DNA of 54,428 nucleotides from a virus (IMGVR_UViG_3300020122_000519:1-54428), one strand, 5' to 3'; shown: positions 24,950 to 33,975, numbered from the stretch's first letter. Notes: generated by a model from the letters alone, not told the origin. Translations and numbers: made by a program.

Positions 24950-25477
24950 TCAGAAGTCGAGCGCGAGGACCGGGTGGAGTTCGACGCCGTTGGGCGCGAC
25001 GCCCGTCTGCCCGTGGAGCTTGTCGAAGAACGCGACGCCCGTGACGGTGACGGGCTTGGGTGTGCGCAGCTTCTTGAAGGCCGCCCCCACGCGCATGACT
25101 TTGAGCAGGGCGTGCCGCGCGGCGAGCATCTGCGCGGCCTGCTCCTTTGGGGCCCCGTCCAGACACCTCGGGGAGGGGACTTCGACGATCATCGTCTTCG
25201 AGGTGTCCGCCGGGTCCGCGATGACGACGTGGAAGTCCTGGTCCGCTTCCAACTTCGCGCCGATGAGCACCGCTTTGACTCGGTACACCACGCGCTCCGC
25301 CTGGGCCCTCGGTGCGTCGTCTTGCCAGGCGGGAGCGCCGTAGGCGCGGAGCTGCGTGACAGTCGCGTCTACTGGGTGTGAGAAGTCGATGGAAGTCGCG
25401 GCGGGGTCGGAGAGGGTCTTCACCGCCCACCTCTCCGTCCCACAGCCGAGAGCCAGTGCGAGCAGGGCGGCGATCAT
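24950..25477 (-). CDS. Exported protein / lipoprotein, probable OB-fold
   Basis: MIAALLALALGC lipobox-like, CGTERWAVKT, EADQDFH, TGVAFFD...ELHPV. Confidence 0.75.
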   Translation of the reverse strand: MIAALLALALGCGTERWAVKTLSDPAATSIDFSHPVDATVTQLRAYGAPAWQDDAPRAQAERVVYRVKAVLIGAKLEADQDFHVVIADPADTSKTMIVEVPSPRCLDGAPKEQAAQMLAARHALLKVMRVGAAFKKLRTPKPVTVTGVAFFDKLHGQTGVAPNGVELHPVLALDF

Positions 25478-26268
25478 GCGGGCGTCGTCCAGGCTTCAGA
25501 CCAGCAGAGCGGCAGATACTCGAGCGGCATGAGGCAGTACCCGTCGAGCCCCCACGACGGGCCCCAGGAATTCTTGCAGAGGACGTACTTCTTGCCGTTG
25601 AGCGTGAGGTAGCCGGGACTGCACAGGCAGTGCCCACCGAGCACGCCTTCCTTGCTCGTGTCGGGCATGGGGACGATTCCGTCCGCGCCGGTGCTCTCAA
25701 AGCTCGCAAACACGGTGAATCCGAAGACCACGGGCTTGGGCTCGGCGAGCACGGCCAGGACGTTGTCCGGGTTGGTGTAGTCGACCTGCTGAGGCAGTCC
25801 GCAGCGGTACGGCTGCGCGGCCACGTCGCAACCCGAATTCGGCGCCTGGGACGGGTCTCCGGTGTACGGCAGCCACGTCTCTGGGCAGGTGCCCCACTTG
25901 TAGAGCGTGGCCATCGTGTCCGCCACGGAGGCGCCGGCGTCGGCGGGGAAGGTCCCCTCTGCCATCCGGGTGCGGGCGTAGATGTAGGCCGGGGATAGGT
26001 CTCCGCCGAGAGGGGTCGAGCTCTTCCCCCACAAGGCGCAGTTGATCTCCTTGAAGGCCGCCTCCCCGTGCCCCGTGCAGCTCCCTTCCTGGCCCTGGTC
26101 GCGGACAGGGCGGCAGAGCGGGCGCATGTCGACGCTGTCCGGGAGCTGGACCGCCTTGGGTTCGTACTTCGGTGCGGCCTTGAGGAGCCAGTGGTCTGCG
26201 GGCGGCGGCCGGTAGTCGTACCTCCGGCCGAGGACTGACTTCGCGGGCTTCGGCATGAGCATCGTCAT
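25474..26268 (-). CDS. Papain-like (C1A) cysteine protease
   Basis: PDSVDMR, DQGQEGSC (Q, C), GGHC (H), KNSWG (N). Confidence 0.9.
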   Translation of the reverse strand: MTMLMPKPAKSVLGRRYDYRPPPADHWLLKAAPKYEPKAVQLPDSVDMRPLCRPVRDQGQEGSCTGHGEAAFKEINCALWGKSSTPLGGDLSPAYIYARTRMAEGTFPADAGASVADTMATLYKWGTCPETWLPYTGDPSQAPNSGCDVAAQPYRCGLPQQVDYTNPDNVLAVLAEPKPVVFGFTVFASFESTGADGIVPMPDTSKEGVLGGHCLCSPGYLTLNGKKYVLCKNSWGPSWGLDGYCLMPLEYLPLCWSEAWTTPA

Positions 26269-27047
26269 CACCAGGCCCCGAAGTAGATGGTGTTCCCGCG
26301 GAGCACCGCCGCACCCTCGGCGCTCTTGGTGGGCAGAAGCCCGAAGTTGATGGAGAGGTGCCCACCGACGAAGTAGCCCTGCCCTGCCGGCAGGATGCCG
26401 CCACCGCCGTCCAACAGGTGCTTGCCCACGGAGAGGCACACCAGCGAACTCAGCGTGCACAGCCCCAGCGCGCCGGAGAGCTCGCCGAACTCTTGGCCGG
26501 AGTTGGAGGTGACGCGGGTCCCGAAGGCCATCAGCGCCAGGTCGAACATGTCGTACGTGCGCCCGAAGAACTGCCCCTCGAGCCGGGTGTCTGAGAACGA
26601 GACTTGGAGCCCCGCCCCGGCGAGGACCTGGACCGGGTTGGGGTTGGCGCCTAGGTCCACCAGCACCATCGGGAAGGTCGGCCCCAGCTGGTAGGTGACG
26701 TCCGCGCGGGCTTTCCCCGGGGCAAGAAGAGCGGCCGCCAGAGCGATGGCGACGAGAGCCTTCGCGGCGCCCCCGCCACTTTGGATTGGCGATGGCTTGG
26801 CGTGGTCGGGGGTGAGCGCGAGTGTGTTCAAGAAGCTGCTCTTGCAGAGCGCGTCGAGCCAGGCTGCGGCGTAGAGCAGCTCCCCGTCCGCCTTTTTGAG
26901 CGACGGGAAGAACTTGACCAGGATGGCCGTGCCCTTCTCGAGGGCCTTGATGAGGAAGGACGCCGCGGCGACGACGCCCAAGACGGACGCGACCAAGCCC
27001 TGCCAGTTCTGCTGCACGAAGACGAACAGCGAAGAGATGAAACCCAT
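26268..27047 (-). CDS. Membrane protein: holin-like N-terminus, internal signal peptide, beta-barrel-like C-terminal domain
   Basis: TM helix GLVASVLGVVAAASFLI; KALVAIALAAALLAPGKARA|D; alternating amphipathic strands. Confidence 0.65.
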   Translation of the reverse strand: MGFISSLFVFVQQNWQGLVASVLGVVAAASFLIKALEKGTAILVKFFPSLKKADGELLYAAAWLDALCKSSFLNTLALTPDHAKPSPIQSGGGAAKALVAIALAAALLAPGKARADVTYQLGPTFPMVLVDLGANPNPVQVLAGAGLQVSFSDTRLEGQFFGRTYDMFDLALMAFGTRVTSNSGQEFGELSGALGLCTLSSLVCLSVGKHLLDGGGGILPAGQGYFVGGHLSINFGLLPTKSAEGAAVLRGNTIYFGAW

Positions 27048-27052
27048 GTCCT

Positions 27053-27622
27053 TCAACCTCCTGTTGGTGGTGCTGCTTGCGACATCTGCGCTTGGACCCA
27101 GCCGACGACGTCCGCGAGGACGATGCTGGACCCCGGACAATCTCGATGGGTGGTGGCTGGATCCTGATGGTGTAAGCGGAGCGTGGACGGCTCGAGTCCT
27201 GCGGCGCGGTGGAGCGTGGCCAGGCCTGAGGCCAGGTTCGCGCGCATGCCTTCGGGGAGCTGCTCGAGCGAGAAGTCGCCGATCATCTCCACGCCCCAGG
27301 ACACCGCGTTCCAGCTCGGGGAGTGGACCCCGGGCGCGGTGAGTGGGGTGAAGACCCAGATTCCTTCAGGCTCCACGAAGAGGTGGGGCCCGGCGTGCCA
27401 CTTGAGCTCGTCCCGGTAGTACTTGACGAAGCCGCGCATGTGCGAGTCGCCCGGGAAGTCGGGCCAGAAGTCCCGGCCCGGCACGCGCACGGAGAGCGTC
27501 GGGTCGTAGGAGTTGTGGAGGACCACGAAGCTCGGGCGCCAAGCGGTGATTGTGAGACCGCGCACGTAGGCGTCGAAGTCCGCAGCGCTGAAGCGCTTGC
27601 AGATAGGCGTGGTCCAGGGCAT
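27053..27622 (-). CDS. Endolysin, N-acetylmuramoyl-L-alanine amidase (Amidase_2/PGRP-like)
   Basis: VVLHNS, PHLFV, GVH...N..SWGVEMIGDF, LHH...CPG. Confidence 0.85.
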   Translation of the reverse strand: MPWTTPICKRFSAADFDAYVRGLTITAWRPSFVVLHNSYDPTLSVRVPGRDFWPDFPGDSHMRGFVKYYRDELKWHAGPHLFVEPEGIWVFTPLTAPGVHSPSWNAVSWGVEMIGDFSLEQLPEGMRANLASGLATLHRAAGLEPSTLRLHHQDPATTHRDCPGSSIVLADVVGWVQAQMSQAAPPTGG

Positions 27623-27628
27623 GTGGAG

Positions 27629-27823
27629 CTACCGGTCGCGGCAGGGGTGCTTGGTGCTGCGGTCGCAGGGCGGGAGCCGGCGCGGTGGGTCGACGAGTTG
27701 GACGCACGTCTCCGTCACGCCGGCATCGCACTCAGGGTAGACCTTGGCGAAGACGGAGCGCTCGGAGCCCTTGGACTCAAAGCACGCCCCGCTACAGCTC
27801 GACGCGCTTAGTAGTGCGGTCAT
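27629..27823 (-). CDS. Small Cys-rich, possibly exported protein
   Basis: MTALLSASSC, weak lipobox; six Cys; overlaps the upstream ORF. Confidence 0.35.
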   Translation of the reverse strand: MTALLSASSCSGACFESKGSERSVFAKVYPECDAGVTETCVQLVDPPRRLPPCDRSTKHPCRDR

Positions 27824-28046
27824 GAGTAACGCGCTTCGCAGCGTCCCGCGCCGCGCGGATTTGGATCTCCCACCGGCCGAAGAGAAATGGGATGCCTTCC
27901 GCTGAATGGAGGTGTCGAAACTTCCTCCGCCACAGTCGCCCCTTGAAGTGCTCGAGCGCTGCGCCTGCGGCGAGACCGACGAGAAGGATTTCGACGCCGA
28001 GGAGGGCGTGCTCCCAGGTGAGCGCGGTCCAGTCGATGATGGCCAT
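27792..28046 (-). CDS. Small membrane protein
   Basis: Hydrophobic helix followed by a basic tail. Confidence 0.5.
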   Translation of the reverse strand: MAIIDWTALTWEHALLGVEILLVGLAAGAALEHFKGRLWRRKFRHLHSAEGIPFLFGRWEIQIRAARDAAKRVTHDRTTKRVEL

Positions 28047-28049
28047 GCC

Positions 28050-28406
28050 TCACCCCCCATCGGTCGGAACCTTTCCGAATGGACGAGTCTCTTCGCGGCG
28101 GTAGAGCTCGAGCTTCTGGTGCGACTCGCGGAGCATCTTGGCGAGGTCCTTCAGGTCGTCAATCTCGCCCTCGATGAACGCCACGCGCTTCTCGAACGCT
28201 GCCATTCGGGCTGCGTCTTGGCCGCGCTCGCGGGCTTGAAGGTCGAACTTGGCCTCCAGCCTGGCGATGGAGATGCGCAGTTCTTCGACGGCGGCAACCA
28301 AGTCTTCGCGGCCATCCATCCGCAAATGGATGCGACGCAGCTCGCCCCGAATCTCGTTGAGGGTGGAGAGCAGAGGGTCATTGACCACTGGCGTCTTGTC
28401 GCTCAC
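28050..28406 (-). CDS. Coiled-coil protein
   Basis: GTGA-coupled and heptad-rich. Confidence 0.6.
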   Translation of the reverse strand: MSDKTPVVNDPLLSTLNEIRGELRRIHLRMDGREDLVAAVEELRISIARLEAKFDLQARERGQDAARMAAFEKRVAFIEGEIDDLKDLAKMLRESHQKLELYRREETRPFGKVPTDGG

Positions 28407-28645
28407 GGTTTGCCCTCGAGCTTCTTGAGCTTCTCTTCCAACTCGGCGATCCGCGCGTCCTGCTTGCGGTTGTAGTTCCACAAGCCCTTGGTCTCGAGGA
28501 AGAATCGGGCGATGTACCCGACCGCCACGATGATGGCGGCGATGGCGCTGAAGATCCTGCCCAGGTCGGCCCCGGCGAAGACACCGGCCATGAGCACCGG
28601 GAGGCCGATTCCGGTCCCGGCCGACTCCACCATTCGCGGAGACAT
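28403..28645 (-). CDS. Holin-like membrane protein
   Basis: Two hydrophobic segments and a charged C-terminus; first gene of the lysis block. Confidence 0.5.
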   Translation of the reverse strand: MSPRMVESAGTGIGLPVLMAGVFAGADLGRIFSAIAAIIVAVGYIARFFLETKGLWNYNRKQDARIAELEEKLKKLEGKP

Positions 28646-28692
28646 ATGGAATTCCGAAGGTCTCAAGGCTAGGTGTAGTGGCAGATCAGGAC

Positions 28693-30531
28693 TTACGGCT
28701 GCTGCTCGAGAGTCCAAGTGACCGAGTTGGCGGTGCAGGTAGCGGTCACGCAGCACAGGTGGAGCTGGATCGTCCCCGCCGCAGAGGCGTAGCAGCTCCA
28801 GGTGGCCCCGCCCGCGCTTGTTGGCGTCGAGTGTGGCGAGACGTAACAAGGTACGTCCACAAGCGAACCCGGAGTCGTCTCGGCAGTATCAGCGCAACCC
28901 GTGGACGCTGGCACGGTGGTGGCGGCTGTGATGAACTTGTGCGCGCCTCCGATGGTGCCGAACTGAATGTTTTTGTCGCTGCCGACATCGGTGTACTTGA
29001 TGTTTGATGTGCAACTCGGGTCTTGGCAGATTTGAGCAGTCGTCCCGCCCACGAGGTTGTTGATGGCGCCCGAAGCGAAATAGGTGCTCGCGGGTCCTAT
29101 GATTTTGAGTCCGAACGTTCCGCCGTCCCCCTGGTTGGACGTCATGTAGAGGTAGTTGTTCGGTTCGAGCAGGATGCCCGTGGTCGCGCCAGCGGCGCCC
29201 TCAAAGTCACTCGAGGCGATGAGTGCAGAGGTTCCGATGCTTGCGGCGATGGTGCCAGAGGTGTTTGCGTTGCCTATCGCGACTCCCACCTGGGTGAAGC
29301 CGTTGATAGTGTCGTCGAATTCGGAGAAGAGGCGAACGCCGATCAAGTTGTAGCCGGTGCGCACGCCGTGCGTGTACATGCTGTTCAGCCCGGAAATCAG
29401 CTCGGCTGGCCCAGGCACGTACGACAGTCCGTCGTACATGATGCACCCGGAAGATGCGTCGATCTTCCCCGAGACGTTCCCGGTTATCAGCGCTGTGTGT
29501 CCAGGGTAGGCGTCGATTCCGAAGAGACAATTCCCGCCGAAGATGGTGTTGCTGAAGAGACTCATCCTCCCGACGTTCTGCCAAGTGGCGAAGGCCTCAA
29601 ACCCGGCGGTGTTCGAGTTCCACCTGAGATGAACTGCATCGGAGTTGGCGGCGTAGAAACTACTGTTGGACGCAGCATCGTTGAAGTCGAAATTCGTGAA
29701 GGCTACCGGGGCCTGAGGCGAGCAATAACCGTTCGCCTCGTTCCCCCCGAGCGTGAAAGCCCCGGTCTGAGCCTCACTCCGCATGCCCGATATGATTATC
29801 CCGGCGGAGTCGTTCGCCTGCCCCGAATAGGAGCCCATCAGTCCGGTGGGGTTCGGGCCGTTCGGGATGGCGCAATCGGTCGTGATGTGCGTCGCGTTGG
29901 CGAGGATGGCGAACGTGCTGGCATTTGTCGGCAATGTGTACTCTGCGAAGGGCGAGCAAATTGGCGTGATGATTTGCATCATCGGCCAGAAAGCCGTGCT
30001 TCCGGAGTAGCCGCCCGCCAGCGTGAGGACCGTGGCAGTGTTTGAGGCGATGACCAATGTCTCTCCAGCGCCTGGGCCGGCCGTGACCTTGAACAAGAGT
30101 CCGCGCAGGGCATTGGTGGTCCACCCCGCGCCGGTAACTGTCACCGTAGGCAGCACGCCAGGCACGTTCGTGATGTCTGTCGCGCTCGCGACGGTGCCCG
30201 TCTGAGCGCCGGTGATCGACGCTGCGGCGGTCGCGCCGTGTACCCAGAGCGAACCGTAGGAGCCGGATGCATAGTCAGACGAGAATGTGAATCCGTCCCA
30301 CGTGGAACAGTTGAAGTTGCCCGCTCCCACCGAGACCTCGATCGGGTGGTCGACGTACTTCGGGATCGAGCGCTCTGCGGCCTGCATCGCCCCCGCGCCC
30401 TGACTTGAGCTGACCGAGATGACCTGAGCGCCAGTGGTAGTCCCGACAGGAGAGGGGATGGGCGAAGGGAGGACCTGCGCCAACGCGGCGCTCGCCAAGA
30501 GACTGGTCGCAACGGAGACTCTCAGCGACAT
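28693..30531 (-). CDS. 612-aa tailspike/adhesin-like protein with a Sec signal peptide
   Basis: MSLRVSVATSLLASAALA|Q; G/T/S/N-rich beta-helix-like body; many Cys. Confidence 0.7.
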   Translation of the reverse strand: MSLRVSVATSLLASAALAQVLPSPIPSPVGTTTGAQVISVSSSQGAGAMQAAERSIPKYVDHPIEVSVGAGNFNCSTWDGFTFSSDYASGSYGSLWVHGATAAASITGAQTGTVASATDITNVPGVLPTVTVTGAGWTTNALRGLLFKVTAGPGAGETLVIASNTATVLTLAGGYSGSTAFWPMMQIITPICSPFAEYTLPTNASTFAILANATHITTDCAIPNGPNPTGLMGSYSGQANDSAGIIISGMRSEAQTGAFTLGGNEANGYCSPQAPVAFTNFDFNDAASNSSFYAANSDAVHLRWNSNTAGFEAFATWQNVGRMSLFSNTIFGGNCLFGIDAYPGHTALITGNVSGKIDASSGCIMYDGLSYVPGPAELISGLNSMYTHGVRTGYNLIGVRLFSEFDDTINGFTQVGVAIGNANTSGTIAASIGTSALIASSDFEGAAGATTGILLEPNNYLYMTSNQGDGGTFGLKIIGPASTYFASGAINNLVGGTTAQICQDPSCTSNIKYTDVGSDKNIQFGTIGGAHKFITAATTVPASTGCADTAETTPGSLVDVPCYVSPHSTPTSAGGATWSCYASAAGTIQLHLCCVTATCTANSVTWTLEQQP

Positions 30532-30680
30532 GGGACCTCCTTCACAGTCTTCCCGTCAGGTTGGAGCACGTGGCACGTGGCCGGGGGCGGCTGCTTCGGA
30601 GGAGGGGGAGGGACGGGCTTCTTGGGCTTCGCCGCGGCGCAGGCGACGAGCAGGAGCAGCGACAGGACGAGGTTCCTCAT
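30522..30680 (-). CDS. 52-aa Pro-rich putative lipoprotein
   Basis: MRNLVLSLLLLVAC lipobox; GGAGG RBS; coupled on both sides. Confidence 0.6.
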   Translation of the reverse strand: MRNLVLSLLLLVACAAAKPKKPVPPPPPKQPPPATCHVLQPDGKTVKEVPCR

Positions 30681-31126
30681 TGCTGTCCCGCCTCCACAGT
30701 CATGAGGATTCCGCCATCCCAACTCCCACCGGAGCAGGTGACGCCGCTGCTGGCGTAGAGCCACCGGCCGAAGGGCTGGGCGACCTGGAGTTCGGGCCCC
30801 ATCGAGTACGCCGCCCCAGTCGGGAAGGTGAAATTCGCGTAGGTCGGCGCCGCCACCCAAGATGCTTGAGCCGGCGAGTAGTAGTAGCCGACCGCGCTCC
30901 CAGCCGTGAATGTTGAGGAGTCCGAGCACTTCGCGAGGGCGTGGAAGCTGATGGTGCCGCCCAGAGAGAAGCCCTGGGTGGCGGAGTTGGGGGCCGCGCG
31001 GGTGCCCGCTTGCACCTCGGTCCAGATGATTTGAGCCAGGGGGCCCGTCCACACGGCCGCGTAGGCCGCGCTCAGGGCGAACCCCAGCGTCGCGGCGAGC
31101 GCCGCGAGGAGTCTTTTAGGTGACAT
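30677..31126 (-). CDS. Secreted beta-rich protein, apparent paralog of 46164-46700
   Basis: MSPKRLLAALAATLGFALSAAYA|A signal peptide; shared ordered motifs. Confidence 0.7.
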   Translation of the reverse strand: MSPKRLLAALAATLGFALSAAYAAVWTGPLAQIIWTEVQAGTRAAPNSATQGFSLGGTISFHALAKCSDSSTFTAGSAVGYYYSPAQASWVAAPTYANFTFPTGAAYSMGPELQVAQPFGRWLYASSGVTCSGGSWDGGILMTVEAGQQ

Positions 31127-31181
31127 TGGAGTACCTCTCGTTACGTGGTTTGGCTTTTGTGCGGCTTCGGCCTATTCAGTC

Positions 31182-31688
31182 GTGATGCCGAAGCGTCGTC
31201 CAATTGCTGATCGCTTCTGGGAGAAGGTCGACAAGAACGGCCCGACGATGCCGAACATGGACACGCCTTGCTGGCTGTGGACGGGTCGCCGAGACGCCAA
31301 TGGCTACGGGCGACTTCCTATTCGAAACGGCAGGGCGCGGAGGCCCACTCTCGCGCATCGCATTGGATTCGAAGTGCAGGGCGGGGTCTTGACTACCGAG
31401 AAACCCAACGTGCTGCATCATTGCGACAACCGGGTGTGCGTCAGGGGCGACCATCTGTTTCCCGGGACGCCGTACGACAACAATTTCGACGCCAGAACCA
31501 AGGGTCGAGCGCGTTGGGCTAATGGAGAGACTCATGTTCGCGCCAAGCTGACGGCCGAAAACGTGCGGGAGATCAAAAAGCTGCTCGCTGAGGGGAGAAC
31601 GCAAGCCCAGTTGGCTGTGCTCTTTGGTGTGACACCGGCAAACATCTGGAAGATCGCCTCTGGGAACGGTTGGCGTTCGCTTGGTTAG
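31182..31688 (+). CDS. HNH homing-type endonuclease with C-terminal HTH
   Basis: RFWEKV...CWLWTG...GYG...AHR...HHCDNRVCV...HLF.GT..DN. Confidence 0.9.
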   Translation: MMPKRRPIADRFWEKVDKNGPTMPNMDTPCWLWTGRRDANGYGRLPIRNGRARRPTLAHRIGFEVQGGVLTTEKPNVLHHCDNRVCVRGDHLFPGTPYDNNFDARTKGRARWANGETHVRAKLTAENVREIKKLLAEGRTQAQLAVLFGVTPANIWKIASGNGWRSLG

Positions 31689-31739
31689 GGACTGAAACAT
31701 CGTTCAGTTGAGGATCGGGCTCGGAAGGGGAGACGATTC

Positions 31740-32090
31740 GTGATGCGCGGGCAGGGGTCGCTCCCTATGCCTCGTCACCTCGGCGAGGCGCCCGCGGCAG
31801 TCACAAAACCGAGGAGCGATGCGAGGATCGCTGTGCAAAACCAGAAACTGTCGTCTTACGTCGCTGATGCCGTGTCGAAGGGCTGGCGACTGGAGCAGCA
31901 AACGGACTCGTCCGTTTCGCTCCTGGTCGGTAGGCCCACCAACCATCTCCTGCACTTCTTCATCGGCGTCTTCACCTGCGGCCTGTGGTGGGCGGTGTGG
32001 TTGATCATCGGGCTGACAAACAAGCAGGAGCGCATCTTCGCTTCGATTGACGAAAGCGGAGAGGTCAAGACGACGCGGGTTGCGATATGA
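31740..32090 (+). CDS. Membrane protein (moron-like)
   Basis: NHLLHFFIGVFTCGLWWAVWLII; antisense to the late operon. Confidence 0.7.
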   Translation: MMRGQGSLPMPRHLGEAPAAVTKPRSDARIAVQNQKLSSYVADAVSKGWRLEQQTDSSVSLLVGRPTNHLLHFFIGVFTCGLWWAVWLIIGLTNKQERIFASIDESGEVKTTRVAI

Positions 32091-32620
32091 AGCCCGCGCT
32101 GACGAGGCCTGCGCTTGTTCTCGTGGTTGCCGCAGGCTGTTTCGGCTGCGGTGGGCAGAACGTCTTCTTCACTTGCCCGTCGTCCCGCTTCCAGATGGTG
32201 TCGTCTGACCAACCGCTGGACTGCCAAAAGTTCGCTCACAACGAGGAAGCGGCCTTCTCCTTGCTCGCCCAGCGCGGGATCGTGCCCGAGAGCAGCTGGC
32301 ACGACTACCAACGCGTCTCGGTGCTCTACCAATTCTCCTGGCTCGTACACGCGCGGCCCGGTTGCGTCGCGTGCGGCGTCGTGCCTCGAGACATCGACCT
32401 CTACGAGCCCAACAGCATCACGATCTCCAGCGGTGGCGAGGCGCTGCTCCATTCGATGCTTCATCACTGGGATTACATCCACGGCCGCGTCGACACGATG
32501 TTCCATCCGAGTTGGTGCGAGAAGGGCTATGGGCAGGTCGACAGCTGCCCTGGTTCGGCGGATGACGTGTACCAAAAGACGATGGTGGAGGACCTCACCG
32601 AGCCTGACGGTGGGCGTTAG
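32087..32620 (+). CDS. Putative lipoprotein with a degenerate zincin-like motif (moron-like)
   Basis: LVLVVAAGC lipobox; ALLHSMLHH. Confidence 0.6.
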   Translation: MKPALTRPALVLVVAAGCFGCGGQNVFFTCPSSRFQMVSSDQPLDCQKFAHNEEAAFSLLAQRGIVPESSWHDYQRVSVLYQFSWLVHARPGCVACGVVPRDIDLYEPNSITISSGGEALLHSMLHHWDYIHGRVDTMFHPSWCEKGYGQVDSCPGSADDVYQKTMVEDLTEPDGGR

Positions 32621-33504
32621 AAGGTCTCGAAGCTGATACCATCCAACTGGACCGTGTCTCCATTGTTTGCAACTACCACTTGCACATCCCCACCGGTCGT
32701 CACGACCACACCGGCCACCACTTGGGCGGAGCCGTTGAAGCAGGCGTATTGTCGCGTGGAGGGCGGACGAAATCCCGCCGGGAGGTTGAAGGCGGCGAGG
32801 TACGTGGTCGCCGTTGCTCGCGACACGTTGCCGCTGACATACGTCCGGCCGTTCGAGTCCCGATAGTAGCGGGGCGTCGTGGATCCAGCCGAGAAGCTGT
32901 TGAGGAAGGACGAGATGTTGGTCGGTCCGGACTGCGCCTGCACCTTGGCGGTCGCGCCGTTGATCCTCGCCGAGAACGTGTTGTTGCTCGAGTCGACCCA
33001 CGTGTCCCCGTTGGCGGGCGCGCTGGGGGTGACATGGGGGACGAGGTTGAACGCTCCCACCACCGGGCTGGCGTGCTGATGCTGGGCCTGCATCGGCCAG
33101 GCGTTGACGTCCTGGCTGCCGCCGTAGATGCCAACGCCGCCCGCTCCTGCGCCGGACTGGGCGATGCCGGACGTCCCGAATCCCCCCGCGCCGGAAGCCC
33201 CTCCAATCACTCCGGCGTAGCCCGCGCCGCTCGCGGTGGCGTTGATGACGTTCGATCCGGACCCGGTCGCAGATATCGCGCCGCCGATGGCCGCGCCGAC
33301 GGTGAAGGTCTGCGTCGCCGTCCAGGTGTTCGCCGTGGAGAAGATGGCGATGACGAAGTTGACCAGGCGCTGCGCGTAGTCGGTGAGGAGTTGGAACGCG
33401 GAGGCGAATGTCGCGCCGTTGTCCAAGTCAGCATCCGCAGGCTCGCTGATGGTGACGGTGTTGGAGGCCGCGTTGGCGGGGTTGCCGGTATATGAGCTTG
33501 GCAC
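32617..33504 (-). CDS. Tail fibre protein
   Basis: Follows the baseplate genes; ANTWTATQTF, Gly-rich shaft, LPAGFRP...LDGISF C-terminal domain. Confidence 0.8.
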   Translation of the reverse strand: MPSSYTGNPANAASNTVTISEPADADLDNGATFASAFQLLTDYAQRLVNFVIAIFSTANTWTATQTFTVGAAIGGAISATGSGSNVINATASGAGYAGVIGGASGAGGFGTSGIAQSGAGAGGVGIYGGSQDVNAWPMQAQHQHASPVVGAFNLVPHVTPSAPANGDTWVDSSNNTFSARINGATAKVQAQSGPTNISSFLNSFSAGSTTPRYYRDSNGRTYVSGNVSRATATTYLAAFNLPAGFRPPSTRQYACFNGSAQVVAGVVVTTGGDVQVVVANNGDTVQLDGISFETF

Positions 33505-33516
33505 CTGATCTGACTC

Positions 33517-33975
33517 CTAGAGATGCGCCCACCGCTTGCGATGGACGATTCTCGAAATTGCCGACTGATGTACGGAGAATGCTCTCGCGACTGCGCCCTG
33601 GCTCTCTCCGCCGAGTATGCGCTTTCTGATCGCGAGCACGTCTTCGTTCCGGAGTCTGCTCATGCCGTGGCTCGCGCCTCTCGACTGCCGGCCCTTCGAG
33701 GTCTTGTCCGCCATGTTGTCGGATATCGTTCCGAGGAACATGTGCGCCGGGTTCACGCAGAGCCTGTTGTCGCACGAGTGGCAAACGCAGAGGTCGACCG
33801 GAATCGCCCCGTTGGTCAGTTCCCACGCCATCCTGTGGGCGTATGCCGGTTTCCCGTTTCTCCAGATGACGCCGTAGCCGACATGCCATCTCGTGCCGGA
33901 CCAAACGAGACAGCCGGTCTTGTCGTCCTTCTTCGCCTTGGACCAAAAGCGATTCTGGATCGGGATCTCTTTCAT
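33517..33975 (-). CDS. HNH homing-type endonuclease with C-terminal HTH
   Basis: RFWSK...C.VWSG...GYG...AHR...CHSCDNRLCVNPAH.F.GT..DN. Confidence 0.9.
   Translation of the reverse strand: MKEIPIQNRFWSKAKKDDKTGCLVWSGTRWHVGYGVIWRNGKPAYAHRMAWELTNGAIPVDLCVCHSCDNRLCVNPAHMFLGTISDNMADKTSKGRQSRGASHGMSRLRNEDVLAIRKRILGGESQGAVARAFSVHQSAISRIVHRKRWAHL

Noticed and set aside
27629-28046. Canonical Rz/Rz1 spanin pair
   Set aside because: The ORFs overlap, but the lipobox is weak and the TM protein lacks a periplasmic coiled coil
28693-33504. Diversity-generating retroelement or invertible tail-fibre cassette
   Set aside because: No reverse transcriptase, TR/VR pair, invertase or clear inverted crossover sites seen
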